Of a stretch of 64,000 nt of DNA, positions 13,001 to 24,641 are shown one piece after another. The position numbers and the translations under genes are program-made. Every line of letters starts with the position of its first letter. The stretch's first letter is position 1. The DNA comes from Bilabrum cf. latius (lineage: Eukaryota), in contig OZ237736.1 in NCBI GenBank assembly GCA_965178125.1, positions 496,001-560,000 of the forward strand. Direction: 5' to 3'. The notes beneath the pieces are model-generated. The model was not told where the DNA came from. It searched no databases and worked only from the letters and a program-made list of their open reading frames with translations.

Positions 13001-14009
13001 TGGTGGCAACTGCCCTGCTCCCACGGAGCAGCGAGGCCATCGGATACTCGAGGTTGCAACCACCAGGCTGGCCGTGAGCGTCTCGGACGGACCCGGAGAG
13101 AAGCTTGGTCTGCCTCATAGCCAGAGGCAGTTCCCACTGCTGGCTTGCTACTGACAGAAAGAGGGTTTCAAGGGTTGTTTCATCGATGTCTGACTGATTG
13201 CTTGGCAGGAGACACAGGGCTGCGTGCTCCAACCCAAGAGCACTGAGCGAGCGCGCAGCAAGTGCTCGGACGGTCGACGCTGCCAGCGACCTGCGAGCGC
13301 GAGCGGACACGGGAGTGTGCAGCCCACTGCCTGCTGACAACTGGAGAGACGCCAGCCCTCCCACCATACCATTACGAGTGTTTTTTCCTCTCTGCGCAAG
13401 CCGCCTCCCTCTGGACCCGCTCGCTGCACTGCCACGGGAGGCACTCGAGCTACGCACAGCCGCCGGGGCTCGCCTGCGGTTGCGTAACTCTGCGCGAGGT
13501 GTGCGAGTTGCTCTATTCTGCCTATTCCCAGATGACTGCCCGGATCGACCAGAGGCCCGCCTTGCGCCGTTGGTGGCTGGCCGCAGCGCAGCGGAATTGC
13601 TAGCTGCAATGCTTCGTCTGGGTGTGGCAATAGCATTCGCGGCACTGCTTGAGCGACCCGAATGCGAAGAAGCGATTGATAATAGGTCGTCCCCGACCTG
13701 CGATGCATGTCGAGGCCGTCGGGCGGAAGCAACCGGGGCAAGCTTGGCTGCCACAGCGGGTCCAGCCGTTTCTCGCAGCAGTTTCTCCGTGCGGCGAGGT
13801 ACTTCATGGCCTGCCTCAACTAATACGCCCAAAATATCAGCTAGCGCGTCTTGAAGTCGAGCAATCGTCTACTATTGCCGTTCAACGACCTGCAGAGAAA
13901 GGGCTAGCGCGTCTAGAATCCACGCAGTTGAACTAGAACCTAGAGAATGAGCTCGCAGCAGCAATGCATACCAGGCGCATACCTTCTATATATTGTTTTG
14001 GGTTTCCAT
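7077..14009 (-). CDS. Giant WD40-like repeat protein with N-terminal coiled coil and long low-complexity inserts; ~2280 aa
   Basis: Track ORFs starting at 13832, 12035, 11105, 10700, 10064, 9815, 8525 and 7994 are all one minus frame, broken only by TAG (13 counted), ending at TAA 7077-7079. ATG 14009 with a probable intron 13890..13982 (GTATGC...CTGCAG) gives METQNNIQK|VVERQQQTIARLQDAL. WD-like segments: IDCVASHPSMPLLAVAW, MTAIASHPIFPVLLVGRQNGVLEAWD, TCLRFAAGKGGFLAAGYCDGVVELL, IVSLDFSSDF. Confidence 0.75.
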
Positions 14010-14142
14010 TGTTTCTTGCAGTATTGCAACCGCTCTTGTGCTGAGGCAGACTTTAAACGTCACCGGAGCCCCCTTTTTTTTTTTGGCTCCGCACCCAACA
14101 AAATATGCTCAAAACTACGTGCGAATTCGAAGTCTTGGCATC
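14010..14142. promoter_or_regulatory. Very short divergent intergenic region (putative bidirectional promoter) with poly-T tract
   Basis: 133 bp between ATG 14009 (-) and ATG 14143 (+); T run at ~14074-14084. Function inferred from position only. Confidence 0.4.
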
Positions 14143-15459
14143 ATGGAACTTCGATTTGGACTCGATTCGGTAGAGAAGTGGGTGAAGAACACGCACGGGC
14201 CAGTAAAAGCCCCATTCAGGTTGTTTCACGGGGCCATAACATCCCCTCAGGCTGCTGCGCTCATTGCGCATGCGGTACGTGAAGGAGCTTCGCGGGATTT
14301 TCTCGGATACTTTGTTGACACACACTTGGCTGGGCTTGAGGGGTGGCTTAGCCACTTGTCGAAGGCAAGGAGGGCCTGGGAGAGTCTTTTCGAATTGGTT
14401 GCGTGGAGTAGTTTGCAAGACTAGCTTGCAGCGCGCCAGACTGCCTTGAACGCTAGCCACCGCAGTAGAATAAAATCCCTTGCTTTTCTTCGATCAGCTT
14501 CAGAGCGGAAGCGCTGGCTATCGGTCGGCCGCACCGACACAGGACATCGACTTGTCGCAGGCTCACCAGCACCAGATGGAGCAGGCGGCAGTAGAACACC
14601 AGTGTTAGCCGGTAAGGCACTTGAACTGACCACCTAGTTCGTATGTAGTCAGGGTAGCACGACTCCAGAATCTCTTTAGAAAGGTGCTGACGCTCCTGCC
14701 GACAGCAGCGGCGCCGCTGCACACATTTCCATCCGGTCATTGCACTCGTGCCTATCGATGCTTGACGACTTGCTCGCCATGGCAAAGCACGACGGATGCA
14801 AGGGTGCTCTTCCTTCGGCTCCGTTACCAGCGGTAGCATCCGGCGCAGCTGGCGCAGCCGGCCCGCTCCCCCGTCTGCCTGCCAGTGAGGTCGAGGTCGA
14901 GAACTGTCGGGGGACACCTGCCCTTCGGCTCTGTGCTTCAGCGTGGGGTTTAATTGAAAGAGGTATTACAGGGCTTCAACGGGCATCCCTTGACGAAATT
15001 GAAGCGAGCAAGAGAGAAATCGAGGCTGTCATCGAAGGCAGAATGCGCAGTGCAAGGGCTTTTGCTGAAAGCAAAGCACGGAGCTTGCTGAACAGCCTTT
15101 GGACCCCTGAATACTCCGACTCGTGTACTGGCCCAACTTCTGGCTCTCCTGCCACTACCGCCGCAGCACCTGCTGCTAGCGATGCAGCGGGTCCAGGCAC
15201 AGGCAGCAAGGGCGCACCTCCCGCAGACACCTCTACCTCTGACATTCAACGCATTGCCAAGGCTGCGCATGCGTCGGCTGAATCGGATTTGCGCGCATCA
15301 TAGTCTCGCGTGGACAAGATGGGTGCTTCCATATTGCGAGCGAGGCTTGGCGCCATCGCTGCAAAGCAACTGCTCGAGGAGCAGATGAGAGATGCAGCCG
15401 GAGCGAACGTGACGATAGTCGTGCCCAATCTGGAGGGGGATTCGGCGCTCAGAGGCTAA
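14143..15459 (+). CDS. Hypothetical protein, ~438 aa
   Basis: One frame from ATG 14143 to TAA 15457-15459 with TAGs at 14422, 14635, 14677 and 15301; joins track ORFs 13993, 14446 and 14740. No domain recognised. Confidence 0.6.
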
Positions 15460-15679
15460 GCATTGCGAGAAGTTACTGCAAGCTTCACCAATACACAGTA
15501 GCTGAGTGGAGCTGCTGTGAATCTGACTTCGACGTTCACACAGTGGTTCATTGACGGGCACAGGTAGTCCCTGCCGGTTGCGTTTGCTGTTTGAGCTGCG
15601 CAATTCATGGCTGATAGGCACGATAGCTGACCACAGAGGTGATAGAATGTTATAATGGGGCAAGGCTGACGGTTCTCCT

Positions 15680-15815
15680 GCCTTTCATGCAGGTGCGGAG
15701 GGCCCGGACACTGCGGAGGGCGGAGCGGCTGGGCTTGCGGCTGTGCCACCGCTGGAGGCGAAGCGCCTTGGAGGATACGAAGCCTGCGAACGACTCCTAT
15801 GGAAAGCAGTATTGC
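15680..15815 (+). pseudogene. Degenerate relic copy of the 3' (ankyrin-like) end of the downstream LRR gene
   Basis: 15741 ctgtgccaccgctggaggcgaagcgccttggaggatacgaagcctgcg matches 17721 ctgtgccaccgctggaagcggcgcggctgggcgggcacgaagcttgcg (VPPLEAKRLGGYEACERLL vs VPPLEAARLGGHEACVSLL). Confidence 0.6.
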
Positions 15816-15940
15816 ATCTCGCATTGGAATGGAATTGCGGGCACACTTTGAAGAACCCGGAACCATGGGCAGTTCGTTCCGTTGCGATTTGTGCAGAGTT
15901 GATGGCATCTTTGTGAATTCGTAACCTCTGCCAGTTTAAT

Positions 15941-17824
15941 ATGGCTGGGGCAAAGCATGGTAGACTTGAGGTCGACTCGTTCAGCTTGGATGAGTTGCGA
16001 GAACGCATGGATCGTTCCATAGTTTTGGATCTCTCGAAAGGATGGAAGCGCGGGCCCAAACGGGGTGCTGCGCGCTTTCTGGCCCTGTTCCAATGCGTGG
16101 AGAGCTTGGTACTTAGCAGCTACAGTGGGACTGGCGCTGGGCGACATTTGGCGCGCATAGTTCGAGAGTGTCAACATTTGCGCGAACTAACTGTTGTTGG
16201 GCTGCTCATGCCCCAACAAGGCTTGGATCGAATTCTGTTTGCCGCCGGACAGCATCAAAGTCTCCGATCACTCAGTTTGATTCACACGCCGAATCCTGGT
16301 GCTTCTGCGTTGCTAGCCTTGTGCAGCAGTCTATCGCTTCGATCCATCCATCTGGTCGGGTCAAAGGTGTCTGGCGAATGCAGTGCAGTAATTAATCAGT
16401 GCTTGGTCAGACCAGACTGCATGATCGAGTCTTTAACTCTGGGGCTGGCCCAGTTCTCGCCGCGCGAGTGTCTGGATCTCGGCGAGGCACTCAGCCGAAA
16501 CTTGTCGGTGCGTGAACTCTGCCTCAAGGCTCGCGGCGACAGCATGCGGATTCCTGATATAATGGACTCTGTGAGCCACTGTGATGGCCTCTTGTCCCTA
16601 CAATTCAGCGACTTGCGCCAGGAAATCCCTGCTGATTGGCTTTCGCGGGAAGCACGATTGCCGCCGGCGTTGGTACGGTTCTTGACCACATGCACTTGGG
16701 GCGGAGCTCGTGGCTGGACCAAGAGCCTGTCCAATACCTTTGCAAGAAAACTAGGCATGAAGTGTGCTCTGATCCGATACGACGACGCCACCGGAGGGGA
16801 GAAGCTGGGATTATTTGACGCGAGAGAGGTGCCACCTACGACTGTGCCAGCCTCGGCCTGGTTGACCAGCCCAACTCCTCCAACGCTGGTCAGAGCGGTT
16901 TCCCTCCTGCACCTGCTCGCAATGGGACGCCCACTATCCACGGATGCCGTGCTTGATTATGTCCTGCGTGCTGTGCTGCACGACAGAAGCTGCCATGCGG
17001 TACAGCTGGCCCGTCTGGGTCAGGTCCTGTGTTGCGTTGGGGGTGCGAGAGCACCATGGGGGGAAGATGACCCGGGACGCATGGCAGTGAGCATCACAAA
17101 GGCAGCGCGATACTGGAAGCCTGGGCTTCCTGACGCCCCTGTCGAAGACGCGGAGGGACGGCCGGCCGGGGGTGCTGGCTTCGGATTTGCCGAAGCGCTT
17201 GCTGCCGACACGAGCCGAGGCTCACGCACACGCGGGGGCGCCAGCAAGAATAAGAATAAGAAGAATAGCCATTCAAACGATAAGCGGTAGATCCTCTCAA
17301 GATCACGCCGTCGTCGTGGCGCTGTGGAAGGCGCGCTCGCCTGCATGCTTAGATCTGGATTGGTGGCTGCCCTGCGGAGCCGGAGCATTTTGGAATTGGA
17401 AGCTGCCTCCAGCGAGCGAGCGATATTTGGAGGTGGTGCTCGCCCGAAAGGGTGGTGGAAGCATGACCCGAAACACTACCGGCGGGCAATTGCCGTAGAG
17501 TAGTTCAGTGCTGCAGTCCGTGGCCTGGTAGGAACGCTAGCCGACCGCCGGGGCATTCCAATGGTCCAATGGAGAAGGGCAGTGGAGGCCAAGCGGGACG
17601 CTGCCATGGTGTTTCAGGCGGCCGCAGAAGGCAGGCCCCTGGAGCTGGCAAAGCGGTTGCGGCTCGGCGTGCTGGCGGGCGGGCTGGGCATTGCGGGTCG
17701 GCTACGTCTTGGGGACAGTCCTGTGCCACCGCTGGAAGCGGCGCGGCTGGGCGGGCACGAAGCTTGCGTGAGTCTCCTGGTGCAGGCAGCGTCTCGTGTT
17801 GGTCCTGATCCGGGCGCAGGCTGA
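15941..17824 (+). CDS. RNI-like LRR protein with C-terminal ankyrin-like motif; ~627 aa
   Basis: ORF 15941-17290 continues through TAG 17288 and one more TAG into ORF 17561-17824 (TGA). LRR motifs HLRELTV, SLRSLSL, LRSIHLV, LGEALSRNLSVRELCL; ankyrin-like PLEAARLGGHEACVSLLVQA. An upstream exon is not excluded. Confidence 0.65.
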
Positions 17825-18021
17825 GGCATCTCCTGCTTGGCTAATTGCTTACATCTGCAGGAGTTTTTTTCCGAATGTCTATCTTTTCATTTCTGTAACA
17901 CTTTGGCATGGTGGACCACGGCGCTCGCCTCGAGTGGGGGCCTTTGCTTCCCGGCAATCCATCGATGCTTCGCGCATGCGCGGATTCTAACAAGACTCGT
18001 CTCCAGATTCCTCTGGTACAA

Positions 18022-19202
18022 TCACTCCTGCTTCTTGGCCAGGAAGTCGTACATGGACCCGAAGTCCTTGGTGGCGTACCCGTGCTGAGAGATGAGCTCG
18101 TACATTGCAAGCGCCGTACTGCCCGCCGGCAAGGGCGCGTTCACCGCCTGGGCCGCCTATGCAGCAAGTCCGAGGTCCTTGCGCATGAGAGCAGAGCCGA
18201 ACCCGCCCTGGTACTCCCTCGAGGATGGCACCCCCTCCATGACGCCCGGCACGGGGTTGTACGTGTCTGAGCTCCAGCACCTGCCCGTGGATGTGTTCAC
18301 GATGTCTGCGAGCACCTTTGGGTCCGCGCCCAGCTTGATACCGAGGTTCATTGCCTCACTCACGCCCAGCATGCTGATGCCGAGGATGAGGTTGTTCACG
18401 ATCTTGGCGACCTGGCCCGTGCCGGCAGCGCCGCAGTGCACGGTCTTGGCTCCCATTGCATTCAGCAGCGGCTTGGCCTTTGCTAGGGACTCCGACTCGC
18501 CGCCCACCATGAACGTGAGGGTGCCTGCCTCGGCACCGCCGACCCCTCCGGACACGGGTGCGTCCAGGAGCCCCAGTCCCTTGCTGCTGGCCTCGCCCGC
18601 TAGCTGCTTCGTCACGTTCGGGTCGATCGTGGAGCAATCCACAAGCACCGGCTTCGAGGCGCTGCCTGCTGCCAAGTCGAACACTTCTTCTCGCAGCACG
18701 CGTGCGACGTGCGGAGAAGATGGCAGCATGGTGATGATGGCCTCTGCGCCCTCGACGGCATCCTTCACTGTCGCAGCGCTGGCGCCTCCCGCTTCCACCG
18801 TAGCATTGGCAGCCTCGGGATTGACTGCGGATAGGTGGAGCTTAAATTAATCCTTTGGCCCAGTCACATACAATCGTGGGTCACATGATGCACCCGTGCT
18901 GCCATAGATCTGCTATGAATGTGAGAGTCTTACGGTCAAATGCCTTCACGCTGTGGCCTGCCTTGCACAAATTGACCGACATGTGAGATCCCATGTTACC
19001 TAGACCAATAAAACCAACCTGCGATGCTAGTGGGCTCTAGTTCTGCCGAATGGGGCAGTGATCCCGCGCAGTTGCACTCCAGTTGCTGCTGCCGTCTGCT
19101 CTACCTCACATGGATATTTTTTGATCCAGCAGCCGACATGGTGCGACGTACACTCCCCACAATGCACGACTTGGCTACTCGAGAAGCTCTAGACGCAAGC
19201 AT
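18022..19202 (-). CDS. HIBADH: 3-hydroxyisobutyrate dehydrogenase, mitochondrial; 3 exons, 326 aa
   Basis: complement(join(18022..18824,18934..19018,19110..19202)). Presequence-like MLASRASRVAKSCIVGSVRRTMSA; motifs VGFIGLGNMG, DCSTIDP, DAPVSGGVGGAEAGTLTFMVGG, GQVAKIVNN, STGRCWSSDTYNPVPGV. TAG at 18157 lies in MRKDLGLAA*AA and is followed by the conserved tail GYATKDFGSMYDFL; TGA stop. Confidence 0.95.
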
Positions 19203-19324
19203 ATCGCCAGAAAGTAACTTGATTGCAGACCAGCTGCAAACAGTGGTATATTGCCAAAATACACGCTACAACATCTGAAGTTGCCTTTGGGAACGCGTCA
19301 GTTCAATTTTGATTCACACCTCCA

Positions 19325-22213
19325 ATGAAGAGTAGTGTTGTGCTACTTGCGAGCCTAGCTCTATGTGGCATTGTTTCAAAGGGCGCAAGCCCTGTCCCTG
19401 ATCCCAAGGCTGTAGTCTTGCATGGCCACATGCGCGTCACGATCCTGAGCGATTCGTTGGTGCGGATTGAAGCTTCGAACACGTCATCGGCCGGTGCAGT
19501 TGATGACAATATAGAATTCGATGACAGAGCGACACTTGCAATGGTCAACCGCCTGACCGATGTCCCCAAGTATTCTGTCAAGCAACTAAACTAGACCGCG
19601 ATTTAGATCACACTTCCGACAATGCAGATTGAGCACAATGCCGTGTACTCGCCGCCTTCGAAGCAGTGCTCGGATTCATCAAAGTGGCAAAATGGTACGG
19701 ATTAGACTGGCGGCTCGCGAAGCCCATCGTATCCAGAAGGCACCCGGGTAGCCTCGCCAGAAGCGTGCTGCGACACGTGCGCTAGCGACCCCCACTGCAC
19801 CGCATGGGTTTTTTCAACTGAGGCAAAGGCGGCTGATGTCAATTGCTATCCCATGGGACTGATTTCTGGCACAGTAGCCCACGATCATCGCATCTTCGGC
19901 CGTGCGGACGGGTCGATCCTCACCCCCGACAACTTTGCCATCCGCACTACCGGGGGAGCCGAGTGGCGCCCCGGCACGCCCGACTCTGGGAACCTAAATG
20001 GAACCGCTCGCGATGACTTCAACTGTGCGAATAAAATACCAGTACAGGAGTGCATCGCAGACCTCTGGGACCGCCTTACCCCAGGGCTGATCTCGATTCT
20101 GGGATGGACTCTCATCGATGACAGCGCGACGCCTCGCTTCGACAAGGAGGGAGGTCCCGATAGCGGCTGGCACGAGAGCACCTTCATCGATGAGAGCGAC
20201 TGGTACTTTGCCGCGTACGATTCCTCTCTCACTGGCGAGCCGGTGCCTGACTACAGGAGGTCGTTGCAGTCGTTCGCGGAGGTGTCCGGCCGCCCGGCCC
20301 TGCCTCTCCGTGGGGCGTTCTTGCCGGCATACTCGCACTACTACCCGTACGGCGAGAACATCATCGGGAAGCAGACCCTGGCAGGGTACAAGGAGCATGG
20401 AATGCCGCTGGGGGTGCTGGTTTCTGACCTATTCTGGCACGAAGTGACCGTGCCTAAGCAGTGCAACCCGTACGGCGGATACATGTGGAACCAGACCCTC
20501 TGGCCCGACCCCAACGGGTACCTGGAGGAGCTGCATGGAGGCAAGTCCGAGTACGGCGCCCCGCTGTATTTCACCGTGAACGTCCACCCGCAGATGGGGG
20601 TGGATCCGTGCCAGGACGCCTACCTGCCGATCGCGAAGGCCATCGGGTTCGACACCTCGGGGAACAAGACCATCCCGTGCGACTTGGCCAACAGCACATT
20701 TAGCGATGCTTTGATGGAGTACGTCATCAACAGTCCATCGAGGTCCAACATCGACTTCATGTGGACCGATTACGGGGGCTGCAGCTCCGGGTCGAGCACT
20801 ATGGACAAGTCTTTCAACATGCTGTGGACGAACATCGTGTTCGCCAGGCAGAACCAGAAGCAGTTTGGCGGAATCAACGCATTGCAATTGCATGATTCGC
20901 AGGAGTCCAACTCCCTTGTGCTCGCAGATGACGCGCAGGGCGGGTTCTCGCGACGTCCCATGGTGCTGTCTCGCTTCGGTGGACTTGGGAACCAGCGGAC
21001 GCAGGTTGGATTCAGCGGCGACACGCACCAGTGCATGGAGGTGTTGGAGTGGCAGGTGGCTGCAACTCCCATGGCCAGCAACGTACTGTTCACGTACTGG
21101 TCCAGTGATATCGGCGGATTCAAGCCTTCCGGCGTGGGGCCGGGGTGCAGCGGCAGCTGGCAGGCAGGGAACAACACGCAGGGGGAGCTGTACCTGCGAT
21201 GGATCCAGTTTGGTGCGTTCAATCCCATCATGCGGACCCATTGCACAGAGTGCATCGGCCGCGACACGTTCGCACCGTGCACCTACTGCGAGCGGCACGC
21301 CTGGAAGTGGCCTGATCTATTTGGTGCCATGAAGGACGCGTTCGTGCTTCGTGGTATGATCCAACCGTTCCTGTACTCTGAGGGGTTCCGCACCTACCAG
21401 ACTGGCACTGGGGCCTTCCACTCCATGTACGTCGACTATCCCAATTCGACGGAAGCCTACGACGTTGCCCACTCCCAGTACATGATGGGCACCTCGGTGA
21501 TCGTGGCACCCGCGGTGCAGTTCATCGAACCGGGAGCCACCACCACCAAGGTGAGCGTCTGGCTGCCAGAGGAACAGTCGCAGTGGGTGGCCTTCGATGG
21601 CAGCAGAACTGAGCAAGGCAGCCAGACGATTGCCGTGGATGCCGGTCTGGACGATGTGCCCGCGTTCGTACGCGCTGGCACGCTGCTGCCTTTGCAGACC
21701 CCGGACAGCTCGATGAACGGGGCAAACGCCACCGCGCCTGACACCCTCCTCTGGACGATGTGGCTCCAGCAGAACCGCGCCCCCACGCAGTCTGGCTACG
21801 AGCTTTTCGAGGACGATGGGGTGACGGTCGCGTACCAGACGGTGACGGACGCCGCCGAGTCCAACGTCAGCACTGTGACGAGTGCCACCGCGTCAGTGAC
21901 CACGACCCAGCTGGAGATCTCGATCGTGGGCACGCAGGGAACATATGAAGGATCTCCCACGGCTCGCAAGCACTGGTACAACGTGCGGGGCTTCGGGCAC
22001 AGCACGGGCGGCAAGGGTCCTTCTCGCGTGGAGGTGGACGGCAAGGTCGTACCGGAGATCGACAGGTCTTCCTCTGCGGACTTTGGGTTCTTCGTGGTGG
22101 ATGCCGCCGCTGCAACGAACCAGACTCTGTCCAGTCCCGAGGGCACCTTGGTGGTGCGCGCTGGTGGGGCTGTCCCTGTAGACGAGCTTCACTCGCTGCG
22201 TGTCACGTTCTGA
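19325..22213 (+). CDS. Secreted glycoside hydrolase family 31 (alpha-glucosidase/xylosidase-like) with PAN/apple-like insert; 962 aa
   Basis: Signal peptide MKSSVVLLASLALCG. GH31 N-terminal RVTILSDSLVRIE...FDDRAT is joined in frame to ORF 19853 through TAGs 19592, 19604 and 19703. Motifs VSDLFWH, IDFMWTD, YWSSDIGGF, ELYLRWIQFGAFNPIMRTH, QYMMGTSVIVAP, LFEDDG. Insert SPEACCDTCASDPHCTAWVF...NCY. Confidence 0.9.
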
Positions 22214-22438
22214 TCACCAGGGCGTACAGACCTGAAGTTCCGCGTTGCGTCGGATGGCTGTGGTGGGCCCTTGCTTTGTCTTGAGGGGTACGGCCTGGCG
22301 GTGGATGCCGACTGTTCTGGCGTGTGCCTAATTGTGGCTTGAAGAACTTAGCATTCTTGTTTATGATCAATGCTTCTGTACAGCTGACTCACCCAAGACC
22401 CACGCCCGGCTATTGCCCAGCCTGTGGCCGCCAGCAAG

Positions 22439-24313
22439 TCAGCGGTTGCGGCCCTTCTTTGACGGGGGTTCACCGCTACTTGCACAGCCGCCACTGGATG
22501 CCACGATTGGTCGTGGGCGCACACTACCGATTGCCGGTGCATCGGCACCAGTGATGCCGGTGTTGATGCCGATGCTGAAGAATCCGCTCGACCCCCTAGG
22601 CCCATCATCCCTGATTAGGTGCACTGCACTGTCCACGCTATCCTCCGTGGCAGCGGACTCTCGGCCAGAAGCAGAAGCAGCGGTGTCGTTCACTCCAGCC
22701 CCTCTGGCGACCACGGCGTCTGCCAGCCCCACCGATCCAAGAAGTGGGCCACCGCTACCCAAAGGCTTGTCGGCAAGAATCTCGACAACGTCATGGTTAG
22801 CAGTGCTTTCAGTCTGCCCTGAGATTTCATGCTCTATTTCCTACTGCAGGCTATTCCAGGCACGCAGTCGTTCAGGTCTGACGGGAAGCGTGTGACCTGG
22901 CTGGCATGAGGTCGCGATCTGCGTGCCTTTCACTCCCACGCCACTGCCAAGTGCAGCAGTGGAAGCGGCATGGGCACCCGCTGCTGCTTGAGGCATCCCT
23001 AGCATGCCAAAGTCTGACGTGCTGCTTGGGACACCATCATCCGTTGCGAGCAGCGTTGCCTAGTCTCCGTTGGAAGAAATGGAGCCCGTAGAAGATGACG
23101 AAGTGCTGCTGGATGGCCAGGGGTAGCGCGGGCTGGCAGCACCTGGTTGGACTCCGCAGCTCCAGCCAAATCCATTGGTAGCTTGGGGCACGATGGGACT
23201 TCTGGCGCTGCTCATAGTTGCTGCACCAGCTGCGGAGGCAGCGTGCCCGCCGCCGCTGAACGACCTCACCCGCAACAGATGTGAAGCCGGCACAGGCAGC
23301 GGCCACTACCACTGTGAAGGGGATTGGCGCGCGAATGCAATGCTCCGCGATCCCCCAAGCCCGGGCGACATTGACCCCTGCGACATCGTGTCTGCACTTA
23401 GCACACTGCCGAACTCCTCAGTTGTCCCATCCAGAGCGGGTGGCCCAGACGCGGCTCCAGAGTTCCTAGCACGAACCAGATCGACCGAGCTGGATGCCAC
23501 TTCGACGGCAAGCTGTGGATCATCGGTGATTGATATCCCTCGCAGCTGAGCGTGCGCAGAACTCGGAGCTCTCCCTCCGGCTTTGTCCATTGGCAAACTA
23601 CGAGGAGGTGCTGTAGCAATAGGGGGCCTTTGACCTTTCCGCGGCTTCTCAGAAGGAGAGGAAGGACAGACAGCGTTACTCTTTGATATTATTCTCGATC
23701 GCCTTGGCCTTGCGCCGAGCTTGCGACCATCTCCTTTGCCGCTGGCAGCAGAGCTTGCGATCCCTTCGCCTTGTGCCATTCCGCTGCAAGCAAAGTTTTC
23801 GATTGCTGCCGGTGCTTCGCCAAGCTCCTGCCTTAGAATAGCTGGCAAGCTTTCCTCCTTGCCTTCAAGAACAGCAGTTTTCCACCACTTGGAGAATTGA
23901 CTCTTGCTCGACCCGATGGCAGCAGAGACCCTCTCTGCAATAGGCGGAAACCACCGCTTCCTCTTTTTCTTGCTTCTTAGCCGACTCTTCTTCATCTAAT
24001 CTATTCTCTTCTTGAATTTAGCGACACGCTTCGCAGACTCCGTCAAAGACGGTGTTGACGAGCTCATGTCTTGAAGCCGCTCTCTGACGAGCCGTCTGAC
24101 TTGGTCAACGTGTTCCTGCCCCTTGGTACCTTGTTGCCAAATTTCTGAAAACCAATATTGCAGATGAGCTAATTTCTCCCTATCCGAGAAAGGCCTGCTT
24201 CGTTTGGATGTGGATGTGGCTGTTGCGACGTTTCCCACCTTTGGCGTCGTCTTTGTACGCTTCGTAGAAGTACTATTTCGGCCTGCCCTTGCTTTGGTAT
24301 CACATGATTGCAT
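22439..24313 (-). CDS. Hypothetical basic, low-complexity protein; ~624 aa (up to 673 aa from ATG 24460)
   Basis: Track ORFs 23996-24460, 23306-23995, 23060-23293 and 22439-22762 share one frame, separated only by TAG (23996, 23306, 23060, ~22841); TGA stop. NLS-like KKSRLRSKKKRKR. Start uncertain. Confidence 0.6.
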
Positions 24314-24641
24314 AGTTGATGCTTGCGCCTGAGACTTTCTGTGAGGACGTAGAGTGGGAGAGCCGAATCTATCCAAGAAACGTCTGCCAGGCAAAAAGTA
24401 GCCAAGATAAGCGTTGTGGCGTGAGTCAGGCGTGGTCAATCCAACAGCAATGAATAACATAGCCTCTCACAATCAATCACCTGAATGTAAGCTGAAAACA
24501 AGCCACCTTGCGTGCTAATGCTATGAATCCACGATTTCATTGGGTGCTCAAGCCAGAATCTGCACGCAACTACGCTGCATCATTCGAACGTTCGGCTCGT
24601 GCGTCCGATGGAATCGCTGGCGCCAGCCGGCCCCGAGCACC

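Noticed and set aside
6447-13854. Long plus-strand ORFs opposite the HPt and WD40 genes, and similar antisense ORFs elsewhere
   Set aside because: These are shadow ORFs expected in GC-rich coding DNA and show no domain signal.
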